Shown here piece after piece: positions 12,152 to 23,756 of a DNA stretch of 64,000 nucleotides. Under the pieces are notes generated by a model. The model saw nothing but the letters and a program-made list of their open reading frames with translations. It was not told where the DNA came from and made no database searches. The DNA comes from Marsupella aquatica (taxonomy: Eukaryota > Plantae > Marchantiophyta): assembly GCA_973895155.1 (NCBI GenBank), contig OZ316892.1:9590283-9654282 (forward strand). Direction: 5' to 3'. The translations under genes and the position numbers were made by a program. Positions within the stretch are counted from its first letter, which is position 1. Every line of letters begins with the position of its first letter.

Positions 12152-14117
12152 ATGGATTCCAGTGGAGCAAATGGAGGTGATGGGGCAGGGGTGAGTGACA
12201 GTGGCAATGGGAATGAAGGCAATGGGGAGCAGGAGAGGAATCGATGGACCGATTTGATGGCTGAGCACCTCAATGCAGCACAGTTGAGCCACTTAGATTT
12301 GACTACACCAGCAGGGATTGCTTCTTTGAGTGCGATCTTAGGGCAAGCCTTGCAAACGGGAGTAGATGCAGGGAACATTGCAAGGGAGGAGGAGCAAAGG
12401 AGTGCAGCTCAACAGAAGGCAAGAGAGAAGAAGCGTAAGAAGGAGGAGAGGGCCAAGGCAGGAGTAGTCTCACCTGCTGCCCTAGAAAAGAAGAGGAGGA
12501 GAGAGGAACGAGATGAGATAAGTGCACAGCGGGAGGAGCAGCGAAAGAAGGAGGAAGAGAGGAAGAAGCTGCCTATGATTGCCTTGATCGAAGGCATTCC
12601 TACTGAACTGGCCTACACCGGGGCAAAGAGCACTATCAGGCTTATGGTGCACTCCAATTTTGCACGAGGAGTTGAGTGGGGGAAACTCAGCAAGGCAGAC
12701 CAGAAGAAAGTAATGAGTCAAATCAAAGATTCATTTCGAAATGGAGCAAAGATTGATGAACAGTGGCTTGCAGATAGAATCTCCAATTCAATGTCTCAAG
12801 CACGGTACCATGATAGGAAGAAGGTAAGGGCCTACCTGGCAAACTTGGAGGAGTACAGAAACGTGAGGAGGCCACTGCAATTCACTGAGGACGTGTGGAA
12901 TGCCTTTTACAAAGTGGAGGTGCAGATGAGAGCTGCCAGGAACCTTCTCTTCTAGAAGGAAATGGAAGCCAAGGCACAGAAGGCCGGGAAGTCCGACCGA
13001 GACCTCAAGGCAATGGCTGAGAAGGTGTCTCACATGCAGCACATTGTGGATGAAGTGGGGGCACCACCCCAAAAATTCATCCTTGCAGCTGAGCGAGTTA
13101 GCAAACGGCCCAAGACCACGCACAAGATGGGCCAAGGTGGACTTCCCGGCCTCAAAGCACACTTTGTGAGTGGGCCCTCTCCTCCCCTGCTTCTGTTTCC
13201 TTGCTTTCAATTGGTATCCAAACCTGCAATGCCCCCCTGCATACCTCTTGTTTCTTTCTTACGGCCTGCCTTGTACTTTAGGTCACCCTGACACATTGCG
13301 TGCCTTAGAGATTTCTCGGAATTTTTTAAAAACAGAGTTTGCGAAGCTTTTGCGATGCCGGTTGCTTTGCAAATGTTTCGCAAAGTCTATCATGGCATTT
13401 TTTAAAGTTGTAGATGCGAAGCTATTGCAAACTAACCCGCTTCGCAACTACTTCGCAAGCAGCTAATTTATTTGAATTTGCGAAGTGGGGAGTTTCGCAA
13501 GTGTGTATTATGTTTAAAAAATACCGCTAAGGGTTATTGAGCCCAGTTTTGTGTTCTAGGGTGCACCCTATTAGCACCTCCATGCATTTTTCTTGGGTTT
13601 ATAGCATATTAACCTCGATCGATTTTGGTTTTGGAATGTTTGGTTGTGGTAGTATAAGAGGTACCGCAGGAAGATAACAGCAAAAGAGATGGAGATAGGA
13701 GCTGCGCATGGAGCCAAACATCTCTTTGACTTGGTTGACGCAGAGTTGGCGACTGTAAGTGCATGTATCCCCTTCAGTTTTTCCCACCCAATCCACTTAT
13801 CTTTTCATTCCGTAAACCTAAACCAATTTGGCGTTGTGCTGTGCAAACAGGATGATGAGGATGCCAGTGATACCAGCAGCACCGATGAGAACAATGAGGG
13901 GACCACGACAAAGGGGCCCAAGGTAGGAGGGAGTAGTGGATCTGGACCAGTAGGAGGAGTTTCCCAGCAGGAGGGGGAGGAAGAGGATGAGGACGAGGAC
14001 GAGGAGGAACCAGATGTGGAGGAGCAGCCAGCACCACCTCCTGTGCCACGTCCGGATCGTCGCAAGAGGGACAAGGGGAAGAGGCCGGCGACAAGGAGTA
14101 GGAGGACCCCATTCTAG
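12152..14117 (+). pseudogene. Second CACTA ORF (TnpA/Transposase_24-like), divergent from the transposase, one premature stop
   Basis: Exons 12152-13165, 13653-13754, 13851-14117 with canonical phase-0 GT..AG joins. TAG at 12953 (probable CAG). Basic coiled-coil region, motif THKMGQGGLPGLKAHF, acidic and basic tail. Family assignment rests on resemblance only. Confidence 0.65.
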
Positions 14118-16211
14118 AGCTTGGTGGTGTAGTGCCTATGGATGCCCATTTACTTAGTGTAGTATATAGTTTTGATATCATGGGTAGTCTTATAGGGACC
14201 TAGCTTGTCATATGACACCCATCTAGGGTTTAGGAAACCCTAATTTTTGTGTACCTATCAATTTTCTATAAAGCAATTTTGATTCAGTCTGGTCTCCGTG
14301 TTGGACAACAAGACCCCAACCATAATTCAAAACTCTAAATCTAAACCCTAGCCTCAAGACATCTTGCGAAACCTATGCGAACAACCCAAATTGCATATTT
14401 ACCATACTGAAGGTATTGCAAACATTATGCAAACCACATAAGTTCACAAAAATGCGAAGCGATCTTCATGGCATAACTACCATTCACTTAATATCGCAAA
14501 CATATTACCAAACTCCTGGGATTGCAAATATTGAACTGCTTGATTATTATCGCAAGCCTCTCGCGACGCCCACAGAGTCGCTTAAATGTGAGTCCTTTGC
14601 GATTCTATTAGTGTCGCAAGTTGCGAAGGCGTTGCGAAGGTCTTGCGAAAGACCGGATGCGAACCTTTGGGCTTCGCAGTTTGCGATTCTATTGCGATGT
14701 GCGATACTTCGCAAAGGTGAGTTTTGTTTTTTGATTTCCTTTGTTGTTTGCGATGCTTTCAAGTTCGCAAAAGGTGTAGGAAGTGTTGTAGTGCGTTACG
14801 AATGTCGTCTATGCTCACCAACAACTCCCGGCCCCATACAACTCCGTTCCTCCCTCAAATGAATTCCCCACCCTTCCGTGTTGGCAGTTCTTCTCTGATC
14901 TCCCAACATTATATTGATGACGCCCTACCCCAATATCAGTGCCATCTACCAATGGTGTTCCACAAGCGTAAATTTTGATCCTTCACTTACTCTGAATTTT
15001 TTGAAATGGGTGCTCAGATGGACCAAGTAGATGAACATCTCTCCCCTCTTGGACTCTACACTTACACTTGGTAGTCTACAAACCACAGGGAACAGGAAAA
15101 GAACACTCAAAACAATTGTTCAGTAGTCTGTACAAGTTGAAGAATGTTGGCAATACAATGTTGAAAGAAATGGCGACTTTATTAATTAATGAGTAGTCCA
15201 GGGCTTCTTCACTATATAGCATATAGCATCCTAGAACATGCTTGATATTTGTCTTGTAGTGATCTGTAAGTAGGATAAAATATGAGAGTAGACCTATCTT
15301 ACTACTATAATACCCTATTGGGCCAAAAGTGGTGGGTCATCTGTTTACAACATCACTTTTGTAGGGAACCATGACAATTGGATTTATAAGCTCTTTGATC
15401 CCAGCCTTTCATTTGTCAAAACTTAGTCATGCCCTGGTAATAAATCATTGTGGGCTTGCTCCCAAAGTGAGAGCTGTATCTTGAGTTTTGAGACGTTATT
15501 ATTACCCATGATGCCTGGAGCTAATACAAGTAGAGAAAAAGCTTCATAGTGCCCCATCCAAATCTGGATGGTGCATTCTCTCTATAAGAGCACACCAAGT
15601 GATAAATCACAAAGGGCATTAAGTAGAGCCATGCTCTAGGTAAGAGAGAAGGAAAAGTTGCATGTCCAGGGCATTCACAACTCAAGAAACCTACCTAGGT
15701 GAGAGATAAGACAAGGTTGCATGTCCAGGAGTTTCACAAGTCAAGAAACCTACCTTATCTAAAACTAAACAAATCTATCTTAAGTAAAAGTAGTGTCAAG
15801 CCAAAGCATGTGAGGTCCTGTCATTATGGTCCTGCCATGTGTGGTCCGGGAAAAGCACCTTGGGCTGTTACCCTGGACACAGCCCTGAAGGAGAGACTTA
15901 TGACACTCTACCGACACCAATGAACATGCACGACTAGAACCCTAAACTCTATAAAGTGCAACATGCAATTGACATGGCCCAATGCACGTGCATTTTAGTG
16001 TATCAGACTATCTGTGCAATATTTAGTCAGTGACGGTGAGAGATTATAAGAGTACACTATTGTAGTTTGTTTGGTCCTGTCTAGTAAATTGGTCTGTTTC
16101 TTTAAGAAAGGTCATCTTTACTATAGTTTGATTTTACTCTGGACGTGGATGGACTAAACAAATTTTCCACACGGGACAAAATGAGAATTCATATGAGAGA
16201 CAGGTTCTATC

Positions 16212-16785
16212 TGAGAACCAAATGACTTTTGAGAACCGAATCTGCCAGATTGGAGTGTCTGTCCATTAAAGATTGAAATTTACATGAACTTTGGTTTCAG
16301 TATAGACTACTGTAGTCAAATTTCTCTTCATGATACTCCTATGTGATTATTCCTGTGCTCTATCAGGCTTTTTAGTGTGTTGTTCAATCTTTAGTTCTTT
16401 TACCATTGTTGGGTACTCCCAGGCCCTTTGGCTGTTGCGTATTTTGGCTCCTTGATCGTCTTGGGTTTTCCCTCACTTTCCCCCTCTATTGGGTTTTCTG
16501 CCATTTGGATCCTATATGCCTACATGACTTGGGCATGACTCTCTTTTTTGTTGGCAGCATTGTATATAAAAACCAACGTTCATATGTATTGCAATCTTTG
16601 ACAAGATGCCTGGATAGACAGTCCAATCTGGCATATTCGGTTCTCAAAAGTCATTTTGTTCTCATACATAACCCCCTCTATGGGGGTTTCTGCCTTTTGG
16701 GATCCGATATCCCTACATGACTTTGCTGTTTTGTTTTTGGCAGTATTATATATGAAAACCAACGTTCATGTATACTGCAATCTTG
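16212..16785. repeat. 54-bp inverted repeat pair interleaved with a ~115-bp direct repeat (degenerate TE remnant)
   Basis: 16212-16265 is the reverse complement of 16611-16664 (4 mismatches). ~16481-16598 resembles ~16673-16785. Confidence 0.75.
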
Positions 16786-17712
16786 TTCTCCTTAAGAGTC
16801 CAGATGGCCATGTTTTTGTTGACTCTTCTCTTGAACGTTTTTGTAAGTCAAAGCTTTTTCACAAATGGTATTTGCTGATTGTTGACGCTTTCTCTTTATA
16901 GCTTTTGTGAGTCAAAGCCTCCAACATCATATGTGTGGAGAAATGAGGTTGATATGTAGTTGTTTATACATTTTTTATCATGTAACTTATCTTGAGGATT
17001 CCAGTGGACTTAGCACTCTTTGACACCCCCAAATATGAACATTAAGTAACAAAATTAAACGATCCAACCAGAATCATTTTAAAGAATACCAAGTCACTTA
17101 TTTCTAGCAGGTCATGCCGGGTATCTACATAAACATACAATAGTTATTTTTCATTGAGGTTTTTTACCTTGAATAGGTGAATGACCATGTACTTGATTAA
17201 AACAATACTTTCTATGAACTATTTTCATTTACCAATTTTTTTTCTCAGTCAGAAATTTCCTTCCGGTTTCTATTGCGAATTAGTAATAAGATAAATGACA
17301 TCGAACAAATGTACCCACTTACTAATAATAATCTTACTAATTCTGATGTTAGATCTTAAATGAGGTAACAATCCGTTCCCAAGATATTCATAAAATTAAA
17401 TTAAATTTTGAACAGAGTAAATTCTATTGTTTACAGTCATGACTGAGATTCACAACTTGAAATTACGACACGTAACTACTCTCCAACACGTGGGAAGATA
17501 ATACCGTGATCTCCTTAATTAAAACCTGGAAGAATGAATCTCCGGTGATATTCTGCATAATCATCAGCAGTATGATTGGTTTTTTTATAATTCCCCTTTT
17601 TTATGATGTCGGTAAACACACGACGAAGACTTGACGTAGTCAAATGGCATCAACACAATAGTGTCCCGAGTCCAGTAACTTTTTCCGTTCATTGTTTATT
17701 ATTTATTCTGTG

Positions 17713-17860
17713 TAGAAGAACAGCTCGCTACACTGTTTTGCCGGCTCACTGATCATAGGTCTAGAAGAACAGCTCAGTACACTGCTTTCCTGGTCCATTC
17801 TTCAACGGTCTATAGTAGAAGAAGCTCGTTGCACTATTTTTACAGGTTCATTTGTCATAT
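17713..17860. repeat. Degenerate tandem repeat, 3 x ~50 bp
   Basis: Units start tagaagaacagctc at 17713 and 17762, with a variant at 17816. Confidence 0.7.
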
Positions 17861-18448
17861 TAGGGCGTTGCATACATTAATGGTTAGAGATGATGACTTT
17901 TGGCAAAAGCTTGTTCTTAGGGTTATGCAAAAGTTAATTTTCTCCACCAGTCTCTAAGGAATTATGGTCATGGCATTTAAACAATCTTTATGGCAAAAAG
18001 TTATGGATCACTAATTTGGTAGTCCATAACTTTTCCTGTCTAAAACCTTAATAATTAATTTAGGATCCATCAAAATTTGAGTTTTAAGACCTCCATTTAG
18101 GTCCAGAAAACAAACACCTATGTGCACTATTTTATAGGTCAATTGTTCCTCATTCTGTGGAGAAAAACTGTTACATAAACCATACAGCTCCATGCATTGT
18201 TTAGCGAGCCCAATGCCCATGTGTTACACAGAGAGCCAGGGCAAGACGTGGAGGGTGAGACAAGTTGGAGAGGCAAGGCATGGAGGGCAAGGCACAAGGG
18301 AGGCATTCATTAGGAGGTGGTTCTGCGTAAACAGGGCAAGGCATGGAGGGCGCATTGGGAGATGGTTTTGGCCTATCAGATTATTATGAAAAAAAAACAA
18401 TTTTGAGCAAACAGCTGGGATTCCTGACTGCCCCAGACAGCCATTCAT

Positions 18449-18796
18449 TTTTTATTTTTTATTTTTTAACCAAGGTGGGTGCAGAGACCCGTCCATATCA
18501 CGCAAGGGACGAAAGCCACCCAGGCAAAAAAAAATACAAACAGGGCCCTGCACCCAAGCCGAAACACCACACACACAGCACAAACCAACCCTAATCTGGC
18601 CATGGAGTCCTGAAGCACCCCCTACACAGGACAACATCACCACTCCAAGTAAATGTCTTACCGCTCTGCTGAAATCCCCTTCTAGGGCTAAATCTCAGAT
18701 GTGGCTGGATACTACCTCTATAGTCTGAATAAATCCTGCCCCTACTGTGAACCTTAGTAATGATTTTAAAAGGCTGTCTCCTACCATCCTTATTGT
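18449..18796 (-). mobile_element. Short (probably 5'-truncated) non-LTR retroposon insertion with poly(A) tail and 16-bp TSD
   Basis: T-rich tract at ~18448-18467 (A-tail on the minus strand). Flanking direct repeat ccagacagccattcat (18433-18448) / ccagatagccattcat (18797-18812). Confidence 0.75.
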
Positions 18797-18893
18797 CCAG
18801 ATAGCCATTCATAAACAGATGAATGGGCAAAATGGGCAAAATGGGCAAGGTGGGCAAGATTGGATATTATTGTGTATAAATTTCCGATTTAGT

Positions 18894-19330
18894 TTACCAT
18901 TCATGACCTCAGAGTGAAACCATGACCATAATGGTGCCCAAAACCGTTTGATATTTAAACACTGAGTAAGAATAGGCAGGGGAATCTTAGCAGAAGGAGC
19001 CTTTCCCTCCATACCATGCTATATTAAGCAAATGATCTAGAAAAGCAGCTGGGTGCACCATTTTATCGGTTGGTTGTCCATCATATCGTCACCCGGGCCG
19101 AATGGGCACGATGGGATTTTATACTGCCTAAATTAGCAATCTAGTGTAGTCTACCATTCATGGCCTACTCTTCGAGTGAAACCTTAGACCATAATGCTAA
19201 CATAGGGTAAGAATAGGCGTGGGGAATCTTGGTAGAGGCGCCCTTCCTTGCATACCGGCGCTATATTAGGCAAATTGTCTTGAGGAGCAGCTGGGTGCAC
19301 CATTTTACCGGTTGTTTGTCCATCACATCA
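18894..19330. repeat. Diverged direct duplication (~190-bp units)
   Basis: taccattcatg...gagtgaaacc...gaccataatg...gcagctgggtgcaccatttta occurs at ~18894-19090 and ~19152-19330. Confidence 0.7.
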
Positions 19331-20746
19331 TCACTCTACAAGAACAGCCCGGTACACCGGTAACGAAGAATCCCGAGAGGGACGCCCTAAGCCGGAACCA
19401 TGGTAGGGACGACGGTAGGACCGGTGATAGGGATGACGGTGCCGATGATGGTCGATTCGGAACGGTCAGGATTCAGGAGGATGGAAAGATCGGCAGCAGG
19501 GACCGCGGTAGGGGTGACGGTGAGGCTAGGATGTGGTCGGAGCGACGGTAAGGGCGATGGTAGGGGCGGAGGCAGAGGCGGCCGGAAATGTCATGTCACT
19601 GCACATCGGGATTGACGCATTCCGTGCTCGAGTACAAATTACAAAGGACGACAACTTTCGCTCACCTCTTCGTCAATTCTTCACTCTACTAGTTCACTTC
19701 GTCTCGTTCAACTCTTGTTCTTTGCCGTGCCCACATTGCACAGTAGACTTCGGCTCTCGCTGCTGCTGCGCGCTTCTGTAGTAGGAGTAGTAAATCTTCC
19801 ATGGGAGAACGCCGAGCTGTGCTGTCGAGATTTCAGACTCCGAAGACAACAGTTGTGGGGTCTCCCGGCATTTCGTCCCACCCCACGTCCTCTAGAGCAG
19901 CCCACTTTCCGTCTTTCTCGTTCGTTGTTCTCCCGAAAACGAAGGAGAGAGAGCGAGAGAGAGAGAGAGAGGAGCAGCAGGGAGGAAAAGGAAGGAATTG
20001 TTGATAGATTAAGTTGTTGTTGTCTCGCCCCGCCTTTCTTCACACCGCACCACACCACGATTGTGCCACTGGCGCACTTTCCGTGTCTCTCGTGCATCAG
20101 TCGCCCATATATGAAGGAAGGATAGGGACGAGGAGGAGGAGAAAGAGGAGGGGAAGAGAAGGTGGAAAAAGGAAAGAGAGAGAGCGGGGGTGGAGGGAGA
20201 AGAGAGACATGGGTCGTCGTAGGTGATGAATTACGTCTCCAGTTGTGAAGAGCTGATGAACGATTGATGATCAACGACCAATGCGCTTGTCTTCTCGTGC
20301 ACGAACCGTCTTCTTCGCTGCCGGATCATGATGGGCATTCCGCAATTGGGAACGGATGAGAGAGTGTAGACTGATGGCGGCTTTGGTTTGGTTTGGTTTG
20401 GTGGCAGCAGCGAGCGTGCCAGCTAGTGCGTGCGTGAGGGGGTGATGAGGTGAGTGCCAATTTCGGAGGAGTAAATGGCAGAGTGAGTGCACTTTACTAG
20501 AGTAGAGGAGAACCAAAGACCAACAGTGGGCGAAGAAAGGTCAATTGGAGTAACGAACAATCGAAGGAACAGTGATTTTGGTGGTCGTCGTCGCCATCAT
20601 CTGCACTGGAGAAGCGGACAATTTCGCAATTTCGCGTTAGTAAGAGAGTCTTAGTTTGAAGGAGAGAGAGAAAGAGATCAAACCGATCGGTTGGCCGGGA
20701 GGACCGGGAGTTGATTGAGAAAGCGATGTGACAAAGGAGGTGCAAA

Positions 20747-23700
20747 ATGGGATGCGTAGGATCCACTCTGAAACGCGTTGACGGTGAGTGAGCTCTCTCC
20801 TCGAACCGGGCTAACCCTTGATCCATTCCCCCGCACCATCTTTGCCTTTCGGTACCTCTTTCTTCATGAATTAATTGTCTTGGGGAGGTTCGCCTGCTGC
20901 TGCCCCTTTCTATGGCCAACAAGTGCTGCTGCGACGTAGGTCTTGTGGATCGTTCTTTCTTTCCTTATAATAAACGAGAAGGAATTGTGTAATCAACCTC
21001 GTTTTGAAAATTCTATTACCGCATTTGGTCCGTCCAATTCACTGAGGACCTCAGTGAGTGTCCTCAGTGAATTGATTTTGCACGGTGAAGATGATGAAAG
21101 ATGGTTGCAATCTGCGGATGATGATTGCAACTGTGGACACTCTCAAGGGCATACGGGCCGGCTGGCGGAGTGAGTACGGTGTTATCATGATCGGGTAGAT
21201 TTGACGTCAACATGTTGGCGGTTTTTCTGCCCGTTAAGAACCCGTTTAGGTGGTTAAGGTTCTGGGCAGGCAATCCGGTCGCTTTTGTGGAAATGACTGC
21301 TGTTTGAACTGCTGCCAAGGTCATTGGGAGCCATGGGGATTGTTTGGCTCGCGAAATCTCAGTAGAGTTCTTTCTTTATCTACTCCTGTCCTGTGGAGAG
21401 TAGGGACGACGGACGCAATGTGGTGATGCAGTTGGGGATGATCGATGAGTTCTTCTTCTCACCTCAAGCAGCGTTGTTTGTTCGGCAGTATGCTGCTCGA
21501 TCAAGCTCCTGGGTGCATTGAGACATGTTTGTTTCCCAAATGAACGCCATATTGTTAATGGCGAATCCAATCGGCCAGCTTCAGAAGTTTGGCATGGGAG
21601 GGGATGGTGGAAGGCAATGGAGGGCAGCTTCGAATGCCCTTTGTTTCTGATGCTACGGTCTGGAATGCCTTCAATGTAGTCATGAAAATTGAAGCCAAAA
21701 ATTGTTAGTCTATGTCAGCAAAGCGGCTTCTAGTGGGTTATGTCTTGATTGGTCTGAAAATCGGGTTTACACCCTCAACATCCAGAACATGTGAATGCAA
21801 CTGAAGTGACCTGATGGTGATACTTGATGTAGCATCTGCCGTAGCCTTTCAGCTATAAAAGCATCGAGACTTTGTTTTGATCCTATGGATGAATGAGCTC
21901 TCTGTGCTCAATTGAAGAGGCTTGCAACCGAATGACTGACGTGTTCAAGCATTTTCTGGACCTGGTTCTGTGTGGGTTTGAGGAACTGCATGTCTGCTAA
22001 TTGAAACTGCAAGGAATCATAGTGTGGCTACTAGTTTAAGTCGGATGAGATAAACTGCTCGGTTGAGTAGTTGAATTTTTCTAGGATCTTACGCTGATAC
22101 TGAATTTTATTGGTGCACGTTGGTTGCTGCTTTCTACGTCCCGATCTACAGGGCTGTTCACATCCCACGAAACCTTCCGAACACAAGTACACTCATGTAA
22201 GTATACAGTGTGGAGTTTTTTGCCTTCAATTGGAGGGAGGCATCTCTGCACGGTATGTAATACTGAGGAACTAAGATGGATTGCCCTGGTAATGGAATGG
22301 CATTCTCATTCGTACGGTAGCGAAGGTAGCACTTGGCATACCAGTTTTGCTGGGTAATCTGCAAGCTAGTCTGGTGTCGATCAATTCATCATCAGCTGCA
22401 ATTTCGTAGAAACTGGGATGCCAAAATTGTGGTGATTAAAATTCACCAATAACTACAAGTCCCAAAATAGAGAACTGCCCCGAAGATCGTTATGGGCATT
22501 TCTTCATTATCAAGAACTTTAGTTGTGTCGTGGCTTTAGTTAGAGACTAAGCGTCCTTCCACATGTTGGTATCAGGGAATCAAAAGAAGATTAAGAGGCC
22601 AAAGCCGTGGAAGCATTCAGAAGATATCACTCGAGCACAGTTGAAACAGATGCGAGATGAATTCTGGGACACAGCGCCACATTATGGGGGCCAGAAAGGT
22701 TTGTTTTCAGGACCTTCAATATTTCGTGTGAGAAAGTCATCCTTTGTCACGTTGATATTGCTTCGGATTACTAGTGGCAAATGCAAAGACAACCTGTGGT
22801 GTGGTAATTGTTATCTTTGCGGAAGTTCTAGGGTTGTCAAAGTTTCCGGCGGACGTTTCCTTCGGTTGTTTACTTTGGAGCATCGAAGTTTAGTTTCTTT
22901 GAAGGGAAGTGATTTTCCGTCGGGTTTGGACAGCTGTATCATTGCTCTCTGTAATTCAACTGAATCCATACGAACTTAGATCGAGATAAATGAATAGATT
23001 CCTTAAAGGTCTTGGCTAAGGCAGGAAAAGGAACTTTGTACTGCAAGTTGAGTTTGCTGCTCACTAGTATGCATTTGGTTTTGATACAGAAATATGGGAT
23101 GCTCTGCGAGCAGCGGCTGAAGCTGATACCAATCTTGCACAGCTCATTGTGGAAAGCGCTGGTGTCATTGTAACAGCAGAGGATTTATCCACTTGTTATG
23201 ATGAAAGAGGTACTTGAACGGTCGAGTACCAAAAATCTCTAGAATCTGTCCAGGGCATTTTGCCGTTTGCTGGGAACTTGCTATCTATGATGCGATTGGG
23301 CAAGAAGCATGTAGCTAGAATACTGCAAAATAATTGGAGTTATGGCTTGGTTATTCTATCCTATCCCGACTGAAACTTCTCCTCCCACACCAGAGTAGAG
23401 CCCCACTTCCCTTGTCAGTAGAAATATTTGATGATTGATGCATCATTATAGCAAAACATTTCAGTTCTATGCCAGGTGGCCCCACTAGGTATCTGTAGCT
23501 TTGCCACATCAAAAAGCCGATCAGTTCTGTACACTATTCCACAGTCATCATCCTTTCATGTTGAGCATTAATCTGCTCTATATCCTTTTGTATCTTGTAA
23601 CGAGAAGTGTTGGCTTGCTTTCTCATTTGAAGTTATAACTTATCGATATCATAATTGGGATGTACCTAACTTTTTTCTCTTTGAACAGGTGCCAAATACG

Positions 23701-23756
23701 ACCTACCGAAGTATGTATTGAGTGAACCTACCAATCTGAAGGAGGACGAGCAGTGA
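20747..23756 (+). CDS. Ubiquitin-domain-containing protein family member (UBTD/DC-UbP ubiquitin-binding domain), ~115 aa, probably N-myristoylated
   Basis: Exons 20747-20783, 22576-22698, 23090-23209, 23689-23756 (348 nt, all GT-AG, frame-consistent). Sequence MGCVGS...[43 protein letters not shown]...CYDERGAKYDLPKYVLSEPTNL. Confidence 0.92.

Larger units (their letters stand above)
5065..14793 (-). mobile_element. Complete CACTA (En/Spm) element #2, 9729 bp, carrying transposase, SET-domain exon and divergent TnpA-like gene
   Basis: Left TIR cactacaaca at 5065 and right TIR tgttgtagtg ending 14793. Identical 3-bp TSD cgt (5062-5064, 14794-14796). Subterminal TCGCAA/TTGCGA repeats at both ends. 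Confidence 0.96.

Noticed and set aside
19708-20274. ORFs rich in RE/SL dipeptides upstream of the UBTD gene
   Set aside because: Artefacts of GA-rich leader microsatellites.
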